DNA of 64,000 nucleotides from a virus. Positions within the stretch are counted from its first letter, which is position 1. Each line of letters begins with the position of its first letter. Of the stretch, positions 37,297 through 48,518 are shown piece after piece. The translations under genes were made by a program, and so were the position numbers. The stretch is taken from IMG/VR virus record IMGVR_UViG_3300020474_000004, positions 1 to 64,000 of that record. One strand, written 5' to 3'. The notes under the pieces are model-generated. The model ran no database searches and had not been told where the DNA came from. It saw only the letters and a list, made by a program, of their open reading frames with translations.

Positions 37297-38756
37297 TGGT
37301 ACTTAATCCTTTTTTCTTACAAGGTTCTCATGGAGAACAAAGTCTTGTACAAGATATCATAAATGAGCAACTTAAAATATATGGGGTAGAAGTACATTAT
37401 ATGCCCCGCAAATATCTTACGGAGTCTAGTGTAATAAGAGAGGTAATTCAATCTTCTTTCGATCAAGCATATCCTATAGAAGCATACGTTAATAATTTTG
37501 ACGGATATGGAGATAATACTACAATATTATCTAAATTTGGAATTCAACAAACTCAGGAAATAAGTTTAATAATTTCTAAGGAAAGATTTGAAACATATAT
37601 TTCAACATTGATGAGTCTTGAAGAAAATATGAAGTTAACTACAAGACCAAAAGAGGGTGATCTAATTTACTTTCCACTTGGTGATAGGTTATTCGAAATA
37701 AAATTTGTAGAACACGAAAAACCATTCTATCAACTGAGAAAAAATTATGTTTATGAACTAACTTGCGAGTTGTTCAGATATGAAGATGAGGTTATTGATA
37801 CTGGTAATGATGAAATAGATGATGTATTAATTGGTGGAGAATCTGATGGTTTGACTGATGATAATATTTCTACAATTATTGGACCGACTCAGACACTTAC
37901 TATGATTGGAGTTGGAGTTACAGCAACTGCTATTGCTGGAAATCCTCAGAATGGTGGAGTTAGAAGTTTTGCTATATCAAATAGAGGAGCTGGATATCTT
38001 TCCATCCCATCTGTCACACTCTCCAATGTTCCTTCTGGTGGAATAATTGGAATAGGGTCAGTGACCAAAATGATTGGTGGAATTAATTTTTGCAATCTTA
38101 ATGCAAATCCAGGAGCACAATCAGTTCAACAATTAGATGTTGTAAATCCAGGTCGTGGATATGTTGAACCACCTAAGGTCAAATTTAAAAAGACTAGTGG
38201 AAGAACAGGAACTGGAGCAGCTGCTACTTCAATCATTGGAGATGGTGTTGTTGGAATTATAACTGTTACAGATGGTGGTGGGGGATATACTGTTCCACCA
38301 GAAATTACTTTTAGTAATGAAAACTTCTTAAGTGGAGTGACTACTGTATCAGCTGCCGCAACAGCAATAGTTAGTGCTGCGGGCACTATTACTGAAATAA
38401 GATTTATGGAAGCAGGTGCTGGATATAGTGCGGCACCAACAATAACCATTGGAAATCCTCATATTGGATCAACTGGAGAGTTTATATTTAATGAAACTAT
38501 CACTGGTTCTACTAGTGGAACAACAGCAAGAGTACGTATCTGGACAAATTCAACCAATGTTCTTGAAGTAGGAAATGTTGATGGTACATTTATTGTGGGA
38601 GAAACTATAGTTGGATCGGTATCAAGTGCATCTCATATTCTAAGAGTTATCGACAAAGAACCAGATAATGATCCATATGCTGATAATTTTGATATAGAAA
38701 CGGAAGCAGATAAGATAATTGACTTCTCCGAACGTAATCCCTTTGGAATTCCCTAA
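37296..38756 (+). CDS. gp14: Neck protein gp14 with a GxGY-repeat insertion
   Basis: RPKEGDLIYFPL...FEIKFVEHEKPFYQL; DFSERNPFG. Confidence 0.93.
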   Translation: MVLNPFFLQGSHGEQSLVQDIINEQLKIYGVEVHYMPRKYLTESSVIREVIQSSFDQAYPIEAYVNNFDGYGDNTTILSKFGIQQTQEISLIISKERFETYISTLMSLEENMKLTTRPKEGDLIYFPLGDRLFEIKFVEHEKPFYQLRKNYVYELTCELFRYEDEVIDTGNDEIDDVLIGGESDGLTDDNISTIIGPTQTLTMIGVGVTATAIAGNPQNGGVRSFAISNRGAGYLSIPSVTLSNVPSGGIIGIGSVTKMIGGINFCNLNANPGAQSVQQLDVVNPGRGYVEPPKVKFKKTSGRTGTGAAATSIIGDGVVGIITVTDGGGGYTVPPEITFSNENFLSGVTTVSAAATAIVSAAGTITEIRFMEAGAGYSAAPTITIGNPHIGSTGEFIFNETITGSTSGTTARVRIWTNSTNVLEVGNVDGTFIVGETIVGSVSSASHILRVIDKEPDNDPYADNFDIETEADKIIDFSERNPFGIP

Positions 38757-38759
38757 ATA
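38753..38759 (+). promoter_or_regulatory. Late promoter
   Basis: CTAAATA upstream of gp15. Confidence 0.55.
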
Positions 38760-38794
38760 AAAATATCTTCTTCAAGATATTTTAGGTTTTAGCA

Positions 38795-39796
38795 ATGTTT
38801 GAATATTTTTACAACGAAATTTTGAGGAGAACGATTATTTCGTTTGGTACTCTATTCAATTCTATCGAGATTAGACAAACAAATACAAGTGATAGCGTTG
38901 TAAATGTTGTCAGAGTTCCATTAGCATATGGACCAACACAGAAATTCTTAGCGAGATTAGAACAGTCACCAGATTTAAATAAATCTACTTCTTTATCGTT
39001 ACCTAGAATGTCGTTCGAGTTTACAGGACTGACATATGATCCGGGCAGAAAAGTAACAACCACCCAAACTTTTTTAGCAAAAGATAAAGATACTGGAACT
39101 GAAGTAAAGAAGGCATATATGCCAGTTCCTTATAATATGCAATTTGAATTGAGCATTATGACTAAACTAAATGATGATGCACTTCAAATAGTTGAACAGA
39201 TTCTTCCATATTTTCAACCAGCATATAATCTCACAATCGAACTAGTAGAAACTATAAAAGAAAAAAGAGATGTTCCAATCGTTTTAGAGAACATCACAAT
39301 GCAAGATGACTATGAGGGAGATTTTTCCTCCAGAAGAGTTTTACTTTATACTCTAAGATTTACTGCTAAGACTTACCTTTTTGGTCCTGTTTCTTCTGCA
39401 TCCAAAGATATTATCAAAAAGTCTACTATCAATTATCGTACTGGAGTCGATACTACAAATACACAAAGAGAGATATCATACTCTGCAATCCCAAGAGCAA
39501 CTAAAAATTATGTCGGTGATGCAGCAACTACACTTACTGCTGATATTGATAAGACAACCAAAATTATCGAAGTTGCAAATGCAAGTGGTTTATCTGCCAA
39601 CACATATATTGATATTGATGAGGAGCAAATCTTTATCAAGTCAATCACCGGCAATAAACTGACGGTCAGAAGAGGAGATGACAAGACAACAATTGCAGAT
39701 CATCTTAATGGAGCATCAGTATTTGTGATAGATTCCGCCGATAATGCTCAGATAGAAGTTGGCGATGATTTTGGATTCAGTGGAAGTTATTTCTGA
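38795..39796 (+). CDS. gp15: Tail sheath stabilizer/terminator gp15
   Basis: FGTLFN, VPLAYGPTQKF, LPRMSFE, QIVEQILPYFQP. Confidence 0.95.
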   Translation: MFEYFYNEILRRTIISFGTLFNSIEIRQTNTSDSVVNVVRVPLAYGPTQKFLARLEQSPDLNKSTSLSLPRMSFEFTGLTYDPGRKVTTTQTFLAKDKDTGTEVKKAYMPVPYNMQFELSIMTKLNDDALQIVEQILPYFQPAYNLTIELVETIKEKRDVPIVLENITMQDDYEGDFSSRRVLLYTLRFTAKTYLFGPVSSASKDIIKKSTINYRTGVDTTNTQREISYSAIPRATKNYVGDAATTLTADIDKTTKIIEVANASGLSANTYIDIDEEQIFIKSITGNKLTVRRGDDKTTIADHLNGASVFVIDSADNAQIEVGDDFGFSGSYF

Positions 39797-39797
39797 T

Positions 39798-40214
39798 ATG
39801 AAAAATAAATTTGATAGTTTAAATGACGAGTTCAATGTCGATGATGACATTGTTCAGACTGAAGTTGTTAAAAGTAAAATAGAAAATATTAAAAAAACTT
39901 CTGATGACATTAAAAAAGATTATGATTACACACGAGGAAATCTGTATAGTATTATAGAGAAAGGTCAAGAGGCGATAAATGGTATACTTGAAATTGCTCA
40001 AGAAAGTGAGATGCCTAGAGCGTATGAGGTTGCTGGCCAGTTAATCAAAAATGTTGCTGATGCCACAGATAAATTAATGGAACTGCAGAAAAAATTAAAG
40101 GATGTTGAGGAAGAGTCTCAGAAAGGACCATCAACAGTAAATAATGCACTCTTTGTAGGATCTACTGCAGACTTAGCAAAGATGTTAAAAGGAATGAATG
40201 ATTCAGATAAATAA
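39798..40214 (+). CDS. gp16: Terminase small subunit gp16
   Basis: DYDYTRGNL, PRAYEVAGQLIK, NNALFVGSTADL; ATG 39798. Confidence 0.93.
   Translation: MKNKFDSLNDEFNVDDDIVQTEVVKSKIENIKKTSDDIKKDYDYTRGNLYSIIEKGQEAINGILEIAQESEMPRAYEVAGQLIKNVADATDKLMELQKKLKDVEEESQKGPSTVNNALFVGSTADLAKMLKGMNDSDK
40207..40213 (+). promoter_or_regulatory. Late promoter (further copies at 40560, 41123, 48518, 48869, 56168)
   Basis: (A/C)TAAATA shortly upstream of most starts in the fibre island. Confidence 0.6.
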
Positions 40215-40227
40215 CTAGAAACGGAAG

Positions 40228-40563
40228 ATGTCAAATCCAGTACTTAATATAGTAATATCTCAAGGTTTTGATTTTGAAGAAACCTTCCAGTCAACTGAGG
40301 CTAATGGAACTACCAGTAACTTGGCAGGATTTACTGCTTCCTCTGTGCTGAAAAAACACTCTGGTGCTTCTTCGTCTACACCATTTTCAGTTACTATTAC
40401 TGGTAATACTGGAACTGTTGCAATTGCAATGACAAGTGGAAAGACAGTAGATTTGACTCCAGGAAGATATGTATATGACGTAAGATTAGTTTCATCAGCA
40501 GGAAAAGTATCAAGACTAGTTGAAGGAATGGCGTTAGTTACTCCTGGTATCACTACTTCATAA
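40228..40563 (+). CDS. Small beta-sandwich virion structural protein (BppU/Ig-like)
   Basis: NIVISQG-x-DF...GRYVYDV...RLVEG-x-x-x-VTPG. Confidence 0.7.
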   Translation: MSNPVLNIVISQGFDFEETFQSTEANGTTSNLAGFTASSVLKKHSGASSSTPFSVTITGNTGTVAIAMTSGKTVDLTPGRYVYDVRLVSSAGKVSRLVEGMALVTPGITTS

Positions 40564-40583
40564 ATAAAAATAAAATCCGTTCC

Positions 40584-40883
40584 ATGGCTAGAATAGTAAC
40601 TAAAAAGACCACAAGAACGAGATCAGTTCAGTCAGTAAAACCAGTGTCTAATCTGGAAGAATTGTCTGATGTAAATATCACTGGCGCACCGGATGCGTCG
40701 GTAGATGGGCATTTACTGAGTTTTGACTCAGCATCTAATAGTTTTGTTTTGATATCTCCCGATGAATACTTATCTAATACTGTAGCAGATGGAGATATTC
40801 CAGATCCATTTGTTACCCAGTTAGAAGGCGAACTTAACTTGGGAGACTTGCAGATTGAAAATCTTGATGGTGGTGCGTTCTAA
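40584..40883 (+). CDS. Small fibre-associated protein ending LDGGAF
   Basis: LEELSDV...DGHLLSFD fibre-type repeat. Confidence 0.7.
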   Translation: MARIVTKKTTRTRSVQSVKPVSNLEELSDVNITGAPDASVDGHLLSFDSASNSFVLISPDEYLSNTVADGDIPDPFVTQLEGELNLGDLQIENLDGGAF

Positions 40884-41122
40884 TGTCAGTTCGTAGACTT
40901 CAAGATTTTGACAATACTAATTTTGGGTCATTAGATTCTGGTAAAGATAAAGATGTTGTTTTCTTTAATACGACAACTGGAAATTTTGAATTAAGAAAAA
41001 TTGGACAAACTTTAACAGCATCTACATCTACTGGTACTCCTTCAGCATTAGTCGATCAAATCGAGAGTGAACTCGATATTAGTAAGATTGATTTTAGAGG
41101 AATAGACGGAGGAGAATTTTGA
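40883..41122 (+). CDS. Small fibre-associated protein ending IDGGEF; paralog of the previous ORF
   Basis: Aligns with 40584..40883 (P-x-x-x-V-x-Q-x-E-x-EL...DGGxF). Confidence 0.7.
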   Translation: MSVRRLQDFDNTNFGSLDSGKDKDVVFFNTTTGNFELRKIGQTLTASTSTGTPSALVDQIESELDISKIDFRGIDGGEF

Positions 41123-41158
41123 CTAAATAATACTAACGATATATTGTAAATACACGAG

Positions 41159-44100
41159 ATGCCCGCACCTGTAATTCAGTTTAAACGTGGTATTCTTGCC
41201 AATCTACCCGCACTGAGGGCAGGTGAACCAGGTTTTACCACAGATACTAGCGATTTATATGTTGGTATTGACTCTACCACAAGTAATAATCAATTTGTAG
41301 GATCAGGAAGATTTTGGTCCACTGGATCTGCTACTGTAGGTAGTGGAGTCAAACTTGTCGAAGGCACTAATAATGGAACTAGTGCAATAACAATCAAGGC
41401 ACCAAATAGTCTTGGTTCTGATGTTACATTCACCTTTCCGGGATCTGATGGAACTAACGGTCAGGTTCTATCAACGAATGGTTCTGGGACATTATCTTTT
41501 ATTGATTCTGCCGCAACGCTAAACATTGTAGGTGATTCAGGATCTGATGCTGTTGCACTTCTTTCAGATAACCTGACCTTTAGTGGAACTTCAAACGAAG
41601 TTGTTACTGCAGTCACGAATAATACGATAACCATAAGTCTGCCTGATGACGTAACAATCGGTCAAGATTTAACTGTTACTAGAGATTTATCAGTTAATAG
41701 AAATGTCGCTATTACTGGAAACACAGTATTAAGTAGCACTGGTTCTATTCAGATTCCAAAAGGAACAACTGCTCAGAGATTAAGCGGTGTTCTTGGTCAA
41801 ATCAGATATAACACAACCTTATCACAGTTTGAGGGATATGGTGCTGGTAACGCATGGGGATCTCTTGGTGGCGTAAAAGACGTAGATGGGGATACATTTA
41901 TCAGAGCAGAATCTGCTGCTGGACAGGATGAAGATTCGCTTGAGTTCTTAACGGGAAGCAGCGTTAGAGTTTCGATTGACTCTGTTGGTAACGTTGGTGT
42001 TGGAACTACCGGTGGTCCCAGTGCAGATTCTACAAACGATACAGTGCTTAATGTTGGTATCGTTACTGCAAACAACTATTATGGAACTGGTGGAGATCTC
42101 AAGTTGGGATCTGCTGGTGACGGAAGTTTAACTACATCTGGAGCACTTAATACGTTTACAACGGCATCAACTATTGTTAATAGTATTGATGATCTGAATG
42201 AAGTAGCATTCAATATCATTAAGAATACTGCTGTAACAGATGTTGGATTTACAGCAGACTCTACTTCAGGTGCTGCAACACTTACAGTTACTTTAACTAT
42301 CACCTCTTCTGGCAACGCAAACCAGTTTATTATCAACTGGGGTGACGGAAGTGCATTAGAAACAACCACAGACTCTACACCAACACACAACTATACTGAT
42401 TCTGGTGGTGGTACTTATAATGTAACAGTCATAGCAAGGAACTCTTCTGGTGTAGGTGCAGGTCACTCCCAATCTTTGACAAAGAGTAATTTTATTACAG
42501 TATTCACTCCTGCTCCTGTAATGGGATTCAGTTTGTTCAGGGCATCCTCTGGCGGATCAGCACTGAGTGGAAATGACCTCTATGTCATCGATAATGGCGG
42601 TGGTCCTAGTAACTATCATACTCTGCATCTTGACAACACTACACAAAATGCAACGGGTGTTGGTGCAACATTCACAATCAACTGGGGAGATGGATCTTCT
42701 GTACAAACTGTAACCACTGATAATGCTGCTGGTGGCGCAGGTGGATCTGCTGGAAGACTTTCTCACCAGTGGGCAGATGGTACAAGCAGTGGCACTAGCA
42801 CAGATAACGTCACTCTTACTATTACTAACCATACAACAACTGATCCATCTGAGATTCCAAAGGCCACATCGACAGCGATCAAGGTTTACCAAGATGATGT
42901 TGCTGCTCCTGCTAATCTTGGAACTAAGACACTTTCGAACGTTTCCAGTCAAGGAACTTCGCCAAGACTCGCATCTGGATTTTCTGCTAACGGGGTAAGT
43001 GGACTCAACGCTGGTGATTCTGTCACAAGAGTCTCTAGTGGAACAGCAACTGCTGGTCCTATAACAACCTTTGCTTATGATGGAAATAACGGAACACTCT
43101 CTGCTAATGTAACTGGATCCACTGATGGTAGCAGGGGACTTACTTCTGGTGATGACACTGGAAACTATACAAGTCTTCAGATCACCGATGAAAGTGATTA
43201 TCAACTCTTAGATTCTTCTGGTTCAACAACATCTTTCGCAAACAGCATTTACTATCCCGGACTTTACAAAGGATTTAAGGCAAGAGTTTCTAAATCTGTT
43301 GCTTCTCTATCGACCGGTGCAAACAGTATGCAACTGGTTCATAGCACTCAGGGTTCAACAAACGTTGTCAAGTTTGTAAAGGACAACCTAACTGCAAGTC
43401 CAAGCATCTCTGCAACAGGAAGTCTTGCTCAGGGAACCGCAGGAACATTTAGATATATCTCTGGTATTCCTTACTACAACTCTGGTTCTCCTACTTTAAC
43501 TCTCTCTGGAGTTACTATTTCTAATTTAGTTGGTCAGTGTCATACTAACCAGTCAAATATTGTTGAGGTAGATGATGGAAGCAACCAAGAGGGAACATCA
43601 TCAAACGCAATTACTAACACAGATTATACATATGCCCAGATTGATGGGTCTACAACCATGTTAAGTAGTGGTGTGCCACTCGCCAATACGGGAACTTCCT
43701 CTGCATATGCAATTGGTAATCTCACAGTTCCAATTACTTCTTCAAGTGTCAGAACTATTAGTAGAGTCAAGGCTCGTGCTCGTAATGTAAATGGTGTTGG
43801 TTCTTACGGGTCTGACATTACTACAAACGTTCAGGTTCATACAGCATCACAAAGCGGAATTAGTGAGATCGCGATTGCAGTTTCTGATTCTCTGGGTGAT
43901 GGATTTGATGATGATGGAGTAAGAATCTATGACTTTAAGGATGCTGCTGCCGATAATCCATCATTTAACGGAAGCACAAACTTCTATACAAATCAACCAT
44001 ATACTGAGTCATTAGCTTCTGGAACTGTTGGCGTGAAAGAAGCAATCCTCAGACTTGGAGTTATCAAGTTTGACCAGACAGATTTCTCTTCTGGATATCT

Positions 44101-44509
44101 CCCTGCAGGTCCAGATAGAAGTTCTGCTCCTGCGAAACAATATTTCACGTTTGCCTTCCGACGAACACCGCTTGCTAACTTCAATATAAATATTACATCA
44201 AGTGGGATAACAGGTCTCTGGATAGCAGCACCTGGAACTCAGATAGATAGTACTAGTGGTATCAATGGTTGGTTAAAGGCGGATACTCAATACGCTGGAT
44301 CCGGAATTCCTGGAAGCGGCACAGGTGGTAATGGTAGTGATGGATGTGCTTCAACTGGTTCTGATAGAATTCAAGCAGATACTGCATTAAGTGGAAGTTA
44401 TACAATGACTCTTGGATCAGAAAACCTCAGTAATGCTACTGGTAATGTTGTTTTGATAAGAATTGCATTAGATTCTGGTCAATCCGTAACAGCTCTTTCC
44501 GTATCCTAA
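41159..44509 (+). CDS. Virion fibre/structural protein with an Mtd/hyaluronidase-like N-domain and PKD domains (1116 aa)
   Basis: IQFKRG...L-x-AGEPGFTTD; PKGTTAQR...GQIRYNT...FEGY; two INWGDG PKD motifs. Confidence 0.8.
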   Translation: MPAPVIQFKRGILANLPALRAGEPGFTTDTSDLYVGIDSTTSNNQFVGSGRFWSTGSATVGSGVKLVEGTNNGTSAITIKAPNSLGSDVTFTFPGSDGTNGQVLSTNGSGTLSFIDSAATLNIVGDSGSDAVALLSDNLTFSGTSNEVVTAVTNNTITISLPDDVTIGQDLTVTRDLSVNRNVAITGNTVLSSTGSIQIPKGTTAQRLSGVLGQIRYNTTLSQFEGYGAGNAWGSLGGVKDVDGDTFIRAESAAGQDEDSLEFLTGSSVRVSIDSVGNVGVGTTGGPSADSTNDTVLNVGIVTANNYYGTGGDLKLGSAGDGSLTTSGALNTFTTASTIVNSIDDLNEVAFNIIKNTAVTDVGFTADSTSGAATLTVTLTITSSGNANQFIINWGDGSALETTTDSTPTHNYTDSGGGTYNVTVIARNSSGVGAGHSQSLTKSNFITVFTPAPVMGFSLFRASSGGSALSGNDLYVIDNGGGPSNYHTLHLDNTTQNATGVGATFTINWGDGSSVQTVTTDNAAGGAGGSAGRLSHQWADGTSSGTSTDNVTLTITNHTTTDPSEIPKATSTAIKVYQDDVAAPANLGTKTLSNVSSQGTSPRLASGFSANGVSGLNAGDSVTRVSSGTATAGPITTFAYDGNNGTLSANVTGSTDGSRGLTSGDDTGNYTSLQITDESDYQLLDSSGSTTSFANSIYYPGLYKGFKARVSKSVASLSTGANSMQLVHSTQGSTNVVKFVKDNLTASPSISATGSLAQGTAGTFRYISGIPYYNSGSPTLTLSGVTISNLVGQCHTNQSNIVEVDDGSNQEGTSSNAITNTDYTYAQIDGSTTMLSSGVPLANTGTSSAYAIGNLTVPITSSSVRTISRVKARARNVNGVGSYGSDITTNVQVHTASQSGISEIAIAVSDSLGDGFDDDGVRIYDFKDAAADNPSFNGSTNFYTNQPYTESLASGTVGVKEAILRLGVIKFDQTDFSSGYLPAGPDRSSAPAKQYFTFAFRRTPLANFNINITSSGITGLWIAAPGTQIDSTSGINGWLKADTQYAGSGIPGSGTGGNGSDGCASTGSDRIQADTALSGSYTMTLGSENLSNATGNVVLIRIALDSGQSVTALSVS

Positions 44510-44522
44510 GGTTATTAAGTAA

Positions 44523-47500
44523 ATGGCAATTTCAGAAGCACAAAAGGTTGACTTTCTTTGGAAGAAACTTGGTTACGGAGTTTCCAAGACCGATACTAAT
44601 GCCAACAAGAAGGCAACTAATGAATCAATAGCAAGTCCTCTACTTCTAAGAGGAAATAATGTATGGTCTCAGGCAGACCTAATCCCTGGCACAATGCCAG
44701 CATCTTCTGCTGGTGTAGTTACTGTATATCCAACGACTGCACCAGATGAAACTACAGCAGATGCATCGGCATCATCTAATAGAACTTGGAAAACTGGATT
44801 AACTGATTGGATACCACCAGAGATTGGATCAACTTATCTTGTAAAGGTATATGTTCATACTGCTGGCGATGCTGCTAATGCTGCTGGTAGTGGAACTCAG
44901 GTATTTGGTGCTGGTTCTGGTAACAATGACGAATGGTTCTTTGACTATCAATCGGGCACTTTACACTTTATTGGAACAAATCTTCCAAACGGTGTAAATT
45001 TTTCTGGAAAGAGTGTTTACGTAAGTGGTGCAAGATATACCGGTATTAAAGGTGTATCTGTTCCTGGATCTACCGCGACATTTAGTGATGTTAATGCAAC
45101 TGGTATTGGTACATTCCAATCTGGTGGTAGATTAGATGACGTTCAGATTGGTAGAACTGCAGCTAATGAGATTGATACAACGGCAGGAAATCTTATCTTA
45201 GATTCTGCTGGTGGAACAGTTCAGATTACTGACAATGCATCTGTTACCGGTAATACAACACTTAGTGGAACACTAGATGTAGATGGGCAGACTGATTTAG
45301 ATGTATTAAACGTTGCTGAGACCGCCACATTTAGTGCTGCAATCGACGCAAATGGGTCTTTGGATGTCGATGGTCATACAGAACTTGATGACGTTAATAT
45401 CGCTGGTATAGCAACCGCTACGGCAGTTCATTTAGGTGCTGAGGGATCGGCACTTCGTCTTACCACTAATACAATTTCTGGTCCTGCGACTATTACGATT
45501 GACCCTGCTGGTGTCGGAGATAACACAGGAACACTCGTTGTTGCTGGTAATCTCCAAGTTGACGGAACACAAACTACCATCAACTCAACGACAGTCAATA
45601 TAGACGATAAAAACATTCAGGTTGCCACTGGTGCTGCTAATGACGCAGCTGCTGATGGTGCTGGTATTACGGTTGATTCTGGTGAGGGAGACAAGACGTT
45701 CCAGTTTGAAGCAACCGGTGATAACTGGGGTGCATCAGAGAATTTAAATCTTGCCTCTGGTAAAGCATATAAGATTAATAACACAAGCGTTCTTAACGCT
45801 ACAACTCTTGGTGGAGCAGTTGTAAACTCTTCACTTACAAGTGTTGGAACTCTTACTGGTCTTACGGTTTCAGGTAATGCATCTGTTGAGGGTAATGTAG
45901 ATCTTGGTAACGCTACCTCGGATACAATCACTGCAACTGGTAGATTTGACAGTGATTTAGTTCCATCTTCAGATGATGCAAGAGACTTAGGAACTTCTGC
46001 ATTAAAGTGGAAAGATATTTACATTGATGGTGTTGCATATGTTGATGATATTCACGCTGCAGATTGTGATATTAATGGTGGTAGCATCGATGGTGCTGCG
46101 ATTGGTGCTAACTCTGCCTCGACTGGTGCTTTTACAAGTGTCACTGCAAGTGGTAATGCTACGGTAACAGGCAATATAGATGTAGATGGACATACAAATC
46201 TCGATAACGTAAGTATTGCAGGTCTCACAACTCATGCTGCTGGAGTAACATTCTCTGGTGCAATTGATGCTAACTCTACTGCTACATTTGCTACAGCAGT
46301 TATAGAAGATCTCACCAACAATCGTGTAGTTATTGCTGGTTCTGGTGGAGAACTCGAAGATAGTGCAAATCTTACCTTTGATGGGTCAACTCTTAATGTT
46401 GTCGGACTTGCAGATCTTGATAATGTAAATGTATCGAGTGCTGCAACTGTATCAACACTAATTGATGTTCAGGGTTATATAAAGGGATATAAGTTCCTCT
46501 CTGCTCCTTACGGAAGCACAACAACAATTACTGTTACTGTTGCGAGTAAAGATGCAACTCACAGATACCAAGGAACTGGTAGTGGATCTGGATATTTACT
46601 AGACGGAGTTCAATCTCCAATTCTCACGTTAACTCCAGGTAGAACTTACAGATTCGATACATCACATACAAGTAACGGTGGTCACCCATTCCTCTTCTAT
46701 ATGGAAGCGGATAAGACTACTCAGTATACTACAAACGTTACCACAAACGGCACAGCAGGTAATGCTGGAGCATACACGCAGATTGTAGTCGGAGATGAAA
46801 CTCCATCGGTTCTCCACTATCAGTGCTCTGCTCATGGTTACATGGGTAACGCTGTTGTTACCAACTCTAATGCAATTAACTCAAACTATGCCGCAACTCT
46901 TCGCGGTGGATTGAGTGTTACTGGAACAACAACGCTTGGAACTCTCGCATTCTCTGCTGGTGGTTCTTCGGTAACTGGTGTTCTTGATGAAGATAATTTT
47001 GCAAGCAACAGCAATACTAAACTCGCGACTCAACAATCAATCAAGGCATATGTTGATTCTCAAATCACTGGATCTGATTTAGATTTCCAAGGCGATAGTG
47101 GTGGCGCACTTTCTATCGATCTTGATAGTGAAACTCTGACGATTGCTGGAACAGCAAATGAGATTGTAACATCTGGATCTGGAAATACATTGACTATTAG
47201 TCTTCCAACCACAGTTACCAATGATAATTTCCAAACCACTGCTGCTGGTAGAGTTACTACTGGTCTTATTGCGTCCGAAAACAATACAGATGGATTAACA
47301 TTAGCAACTGGTGGTGGCAAAAAGTGGTTAAAAGGAACTGCTAATGCACAAGTTGAACTTTTTCATAATAATAATAAAAAATTTGAAACTACTTCATCCG
47401 GTGTTATCGTTACTGGCATTTCATCTGCAACAAGTTTAAGATTAGGCACTAGCACATTAGTAAGTGGTGTTCTTGATGAGGACAACTTGGCAAGTGACAG

Positions 47501-48518
47501 TGCCACTTCGCTTGCAACTCAACAGTCTATCAAGGCATATGTTGATGGTCAAATAACTGGTGGTACTGCACAAGCTGCTAGTGTTGCTGTTCAATCAACA
47601 AGCACCAACTCGATTCACTATTTGACATTTGTCGATTCAAACAACGGCAGTGCAACTCAGGAATCACTTCTCACTGATGGTGGTATTCAATACAATCCTA
47701 GTTCCAATCTTTTAAATGCAACTGGTACAGTTGCTGCTGGAACTTTAAGTCTTGGATCGGGAACTGCTACTGCGATTCTTGATGAAGATAATATGTCGTC
47801 AAATAGTGCAACAGCACTTGCGACACAACAATCAATCAAGGCATATGTTGATGCTGAGGTTGGTGCAGTTGATACCACAACATCAACCGCAGCAGATTCT
47901 GGAACAGGGTCATTCGCAACTTCTCAAACTCTGACCATTTCTGGTACGGCAAATGAAGTTGAAACTTCTGTATCTAATCAAACCTTTACGATTGGACTTC
48001 CTAATACAGTTAATGTAACAACTGCGATTGATGTTCCAACGATTGAAGCAACTAACCTCAAAGCAAGAGATGGCACAGCAGCAATCACAATCGCAAATAG
48101 CACTGGTGCTGTTGAAACTGCCGCTAATCTGACTGTTCAGGGTAATCTGATTGTTAATGGATCTACCACACAGGTTGATTCTCAAGCAGTCACTATTGAA
48201 GACCAACTCATTGAACTGGGTATGGTTAATGGTGCTGCTCCTACATCTGATCTCAACAGAGATGTCGGTGTTATATTCAACTGGCACGATGGTAGTAACG
48301 CATTTAAGGCAGGTGTTTACTTTGATGATAGCACCGGTCGTATTGTTGCAGCAAAGAAAGTTTCTGAGTCTGGTGGAGTTCTCACCAATAATGAAGGATC
48401 AGGATTTGAGGCAGCAGAATACTATATCAGCGGATGCACTGGAACTCAAAGAATCTTTGGTTGCAATAGTGGAGAAATCATCCTGGAGAACACAACAATC
48501 GATGCTGGAGCGTTCTGA
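44523..48518 (+). CDS. Fibre-like structural protein with TQQSIKAYVD repeats and a cupredoxin-like insert (1331 aa)
   Basis: QKVDFLWKK, WFFDYQSG; three DEDN...ATQQSIKAYVD repeats; ends IDAGAF. Confidence 0.8.
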   Translation: MAISEAQKVDFLWKKLGYGVSKTDTNANKKATNESIASPLLLRGNNVWSQADLIPGTMPASSAGVVTVYPTTAPDETTADASASSNRTWKTGLTDWIPPEIGSTYLVKVYVHTAGDAANAAGSGTQVFGAGSGNNDEWFFDYQSGTLHFIGTNLPNGVNFSGKSVYVSGARYTGIKGVSVPGSTATFSDVNATGIGTFQSGGRLDDVQIGRTAANEIDTTAGNLILDSAGGTVQITDNASVTGNTTLSGTLDVDGQTDLDVLNVAETATFSAAIDANGSLDVDGHTELDDVNIAGIATATAVHLGAEGSALRLTTNTISGPATITIDPAGVGDNTGTLVVAGNLQVDGTQTTINSTTVNIDDKNIQVATGAANDAAADGAGITVDSGEGDKTFQFEATGDNWGASENLNLASGKAYKINNTSVLNATTLGGAVVNSSLTSVGTLTGLTVSGNASVEGNVDLGNATSDTITATGRFDSDLVPSSDDARDLGTSALKWKDIYIDGVAYVDDIHAADCDINGGSIDGAAIGANSASTGAFTSVTASGNATVTGNIDVDGHTNLDNVSIAGLTTHAAGVTFSGAIDANSTATFATAVIEDLTNNRVVIAGSGGELEDSANLTFDGSTLNVVGLADLDNVNVSSAATVSTLIDVQGYIKGYKFLSAPYGSTTTITVTVASKDATHRYQGTGSGSGYLLDGVQSPILTLTPGRTYRFDTSHTSNGGHPFLFYMEADKTTQYTTNVTTNGTAGNAGAYTQIVVGDETPSVLHYQCSAHGYMGNAVVTNSNAINSNYAATLRGGLSVTGTTTLGTLAFSAGGSSVTGVLDEDNFASNSNTKLATQQSIKAYVDSQITGSDLDFQGDSGGALSIDLDSETLTIAGTANEIVTSGSGNTLTISLPTTVTNDNFQTTAAGRVTTGLIASENNTDGLTLATGGGKKWLKGTANAQVELFHNNNKKFETTSSGVIVTGISSATSLRLGTSTLVSGVLDEDNLASDSATSLATQQSIKAYVDGQITGGTAQAASVAVQSTSTNSIHYLTFVDSNNGSATQESLLTDGGIQYNPSSNLLNATGTVAAGTLSLGSGTATAILDEDNMSSNSATALATQQSIKAYVDAEVGAVDTTTSTAADSGTGSFATSQTLTISGTANEVETSVSNQTFTIGLPNTVNVTTAIDVPTIEATNLKARDGTAAITIANSTGAVETAANLTVQGNLIVNGSTTQVDSQAVTIEDQLIELGMVNGAAPTSDLNRDVGVIFNWHDGSNAFKAGVYFDDSTGRIVAAKKVSESGGVLTNNEGSGFEAAEYYISGCTGTQRIFGCNSGEIILENTTIDAGAF

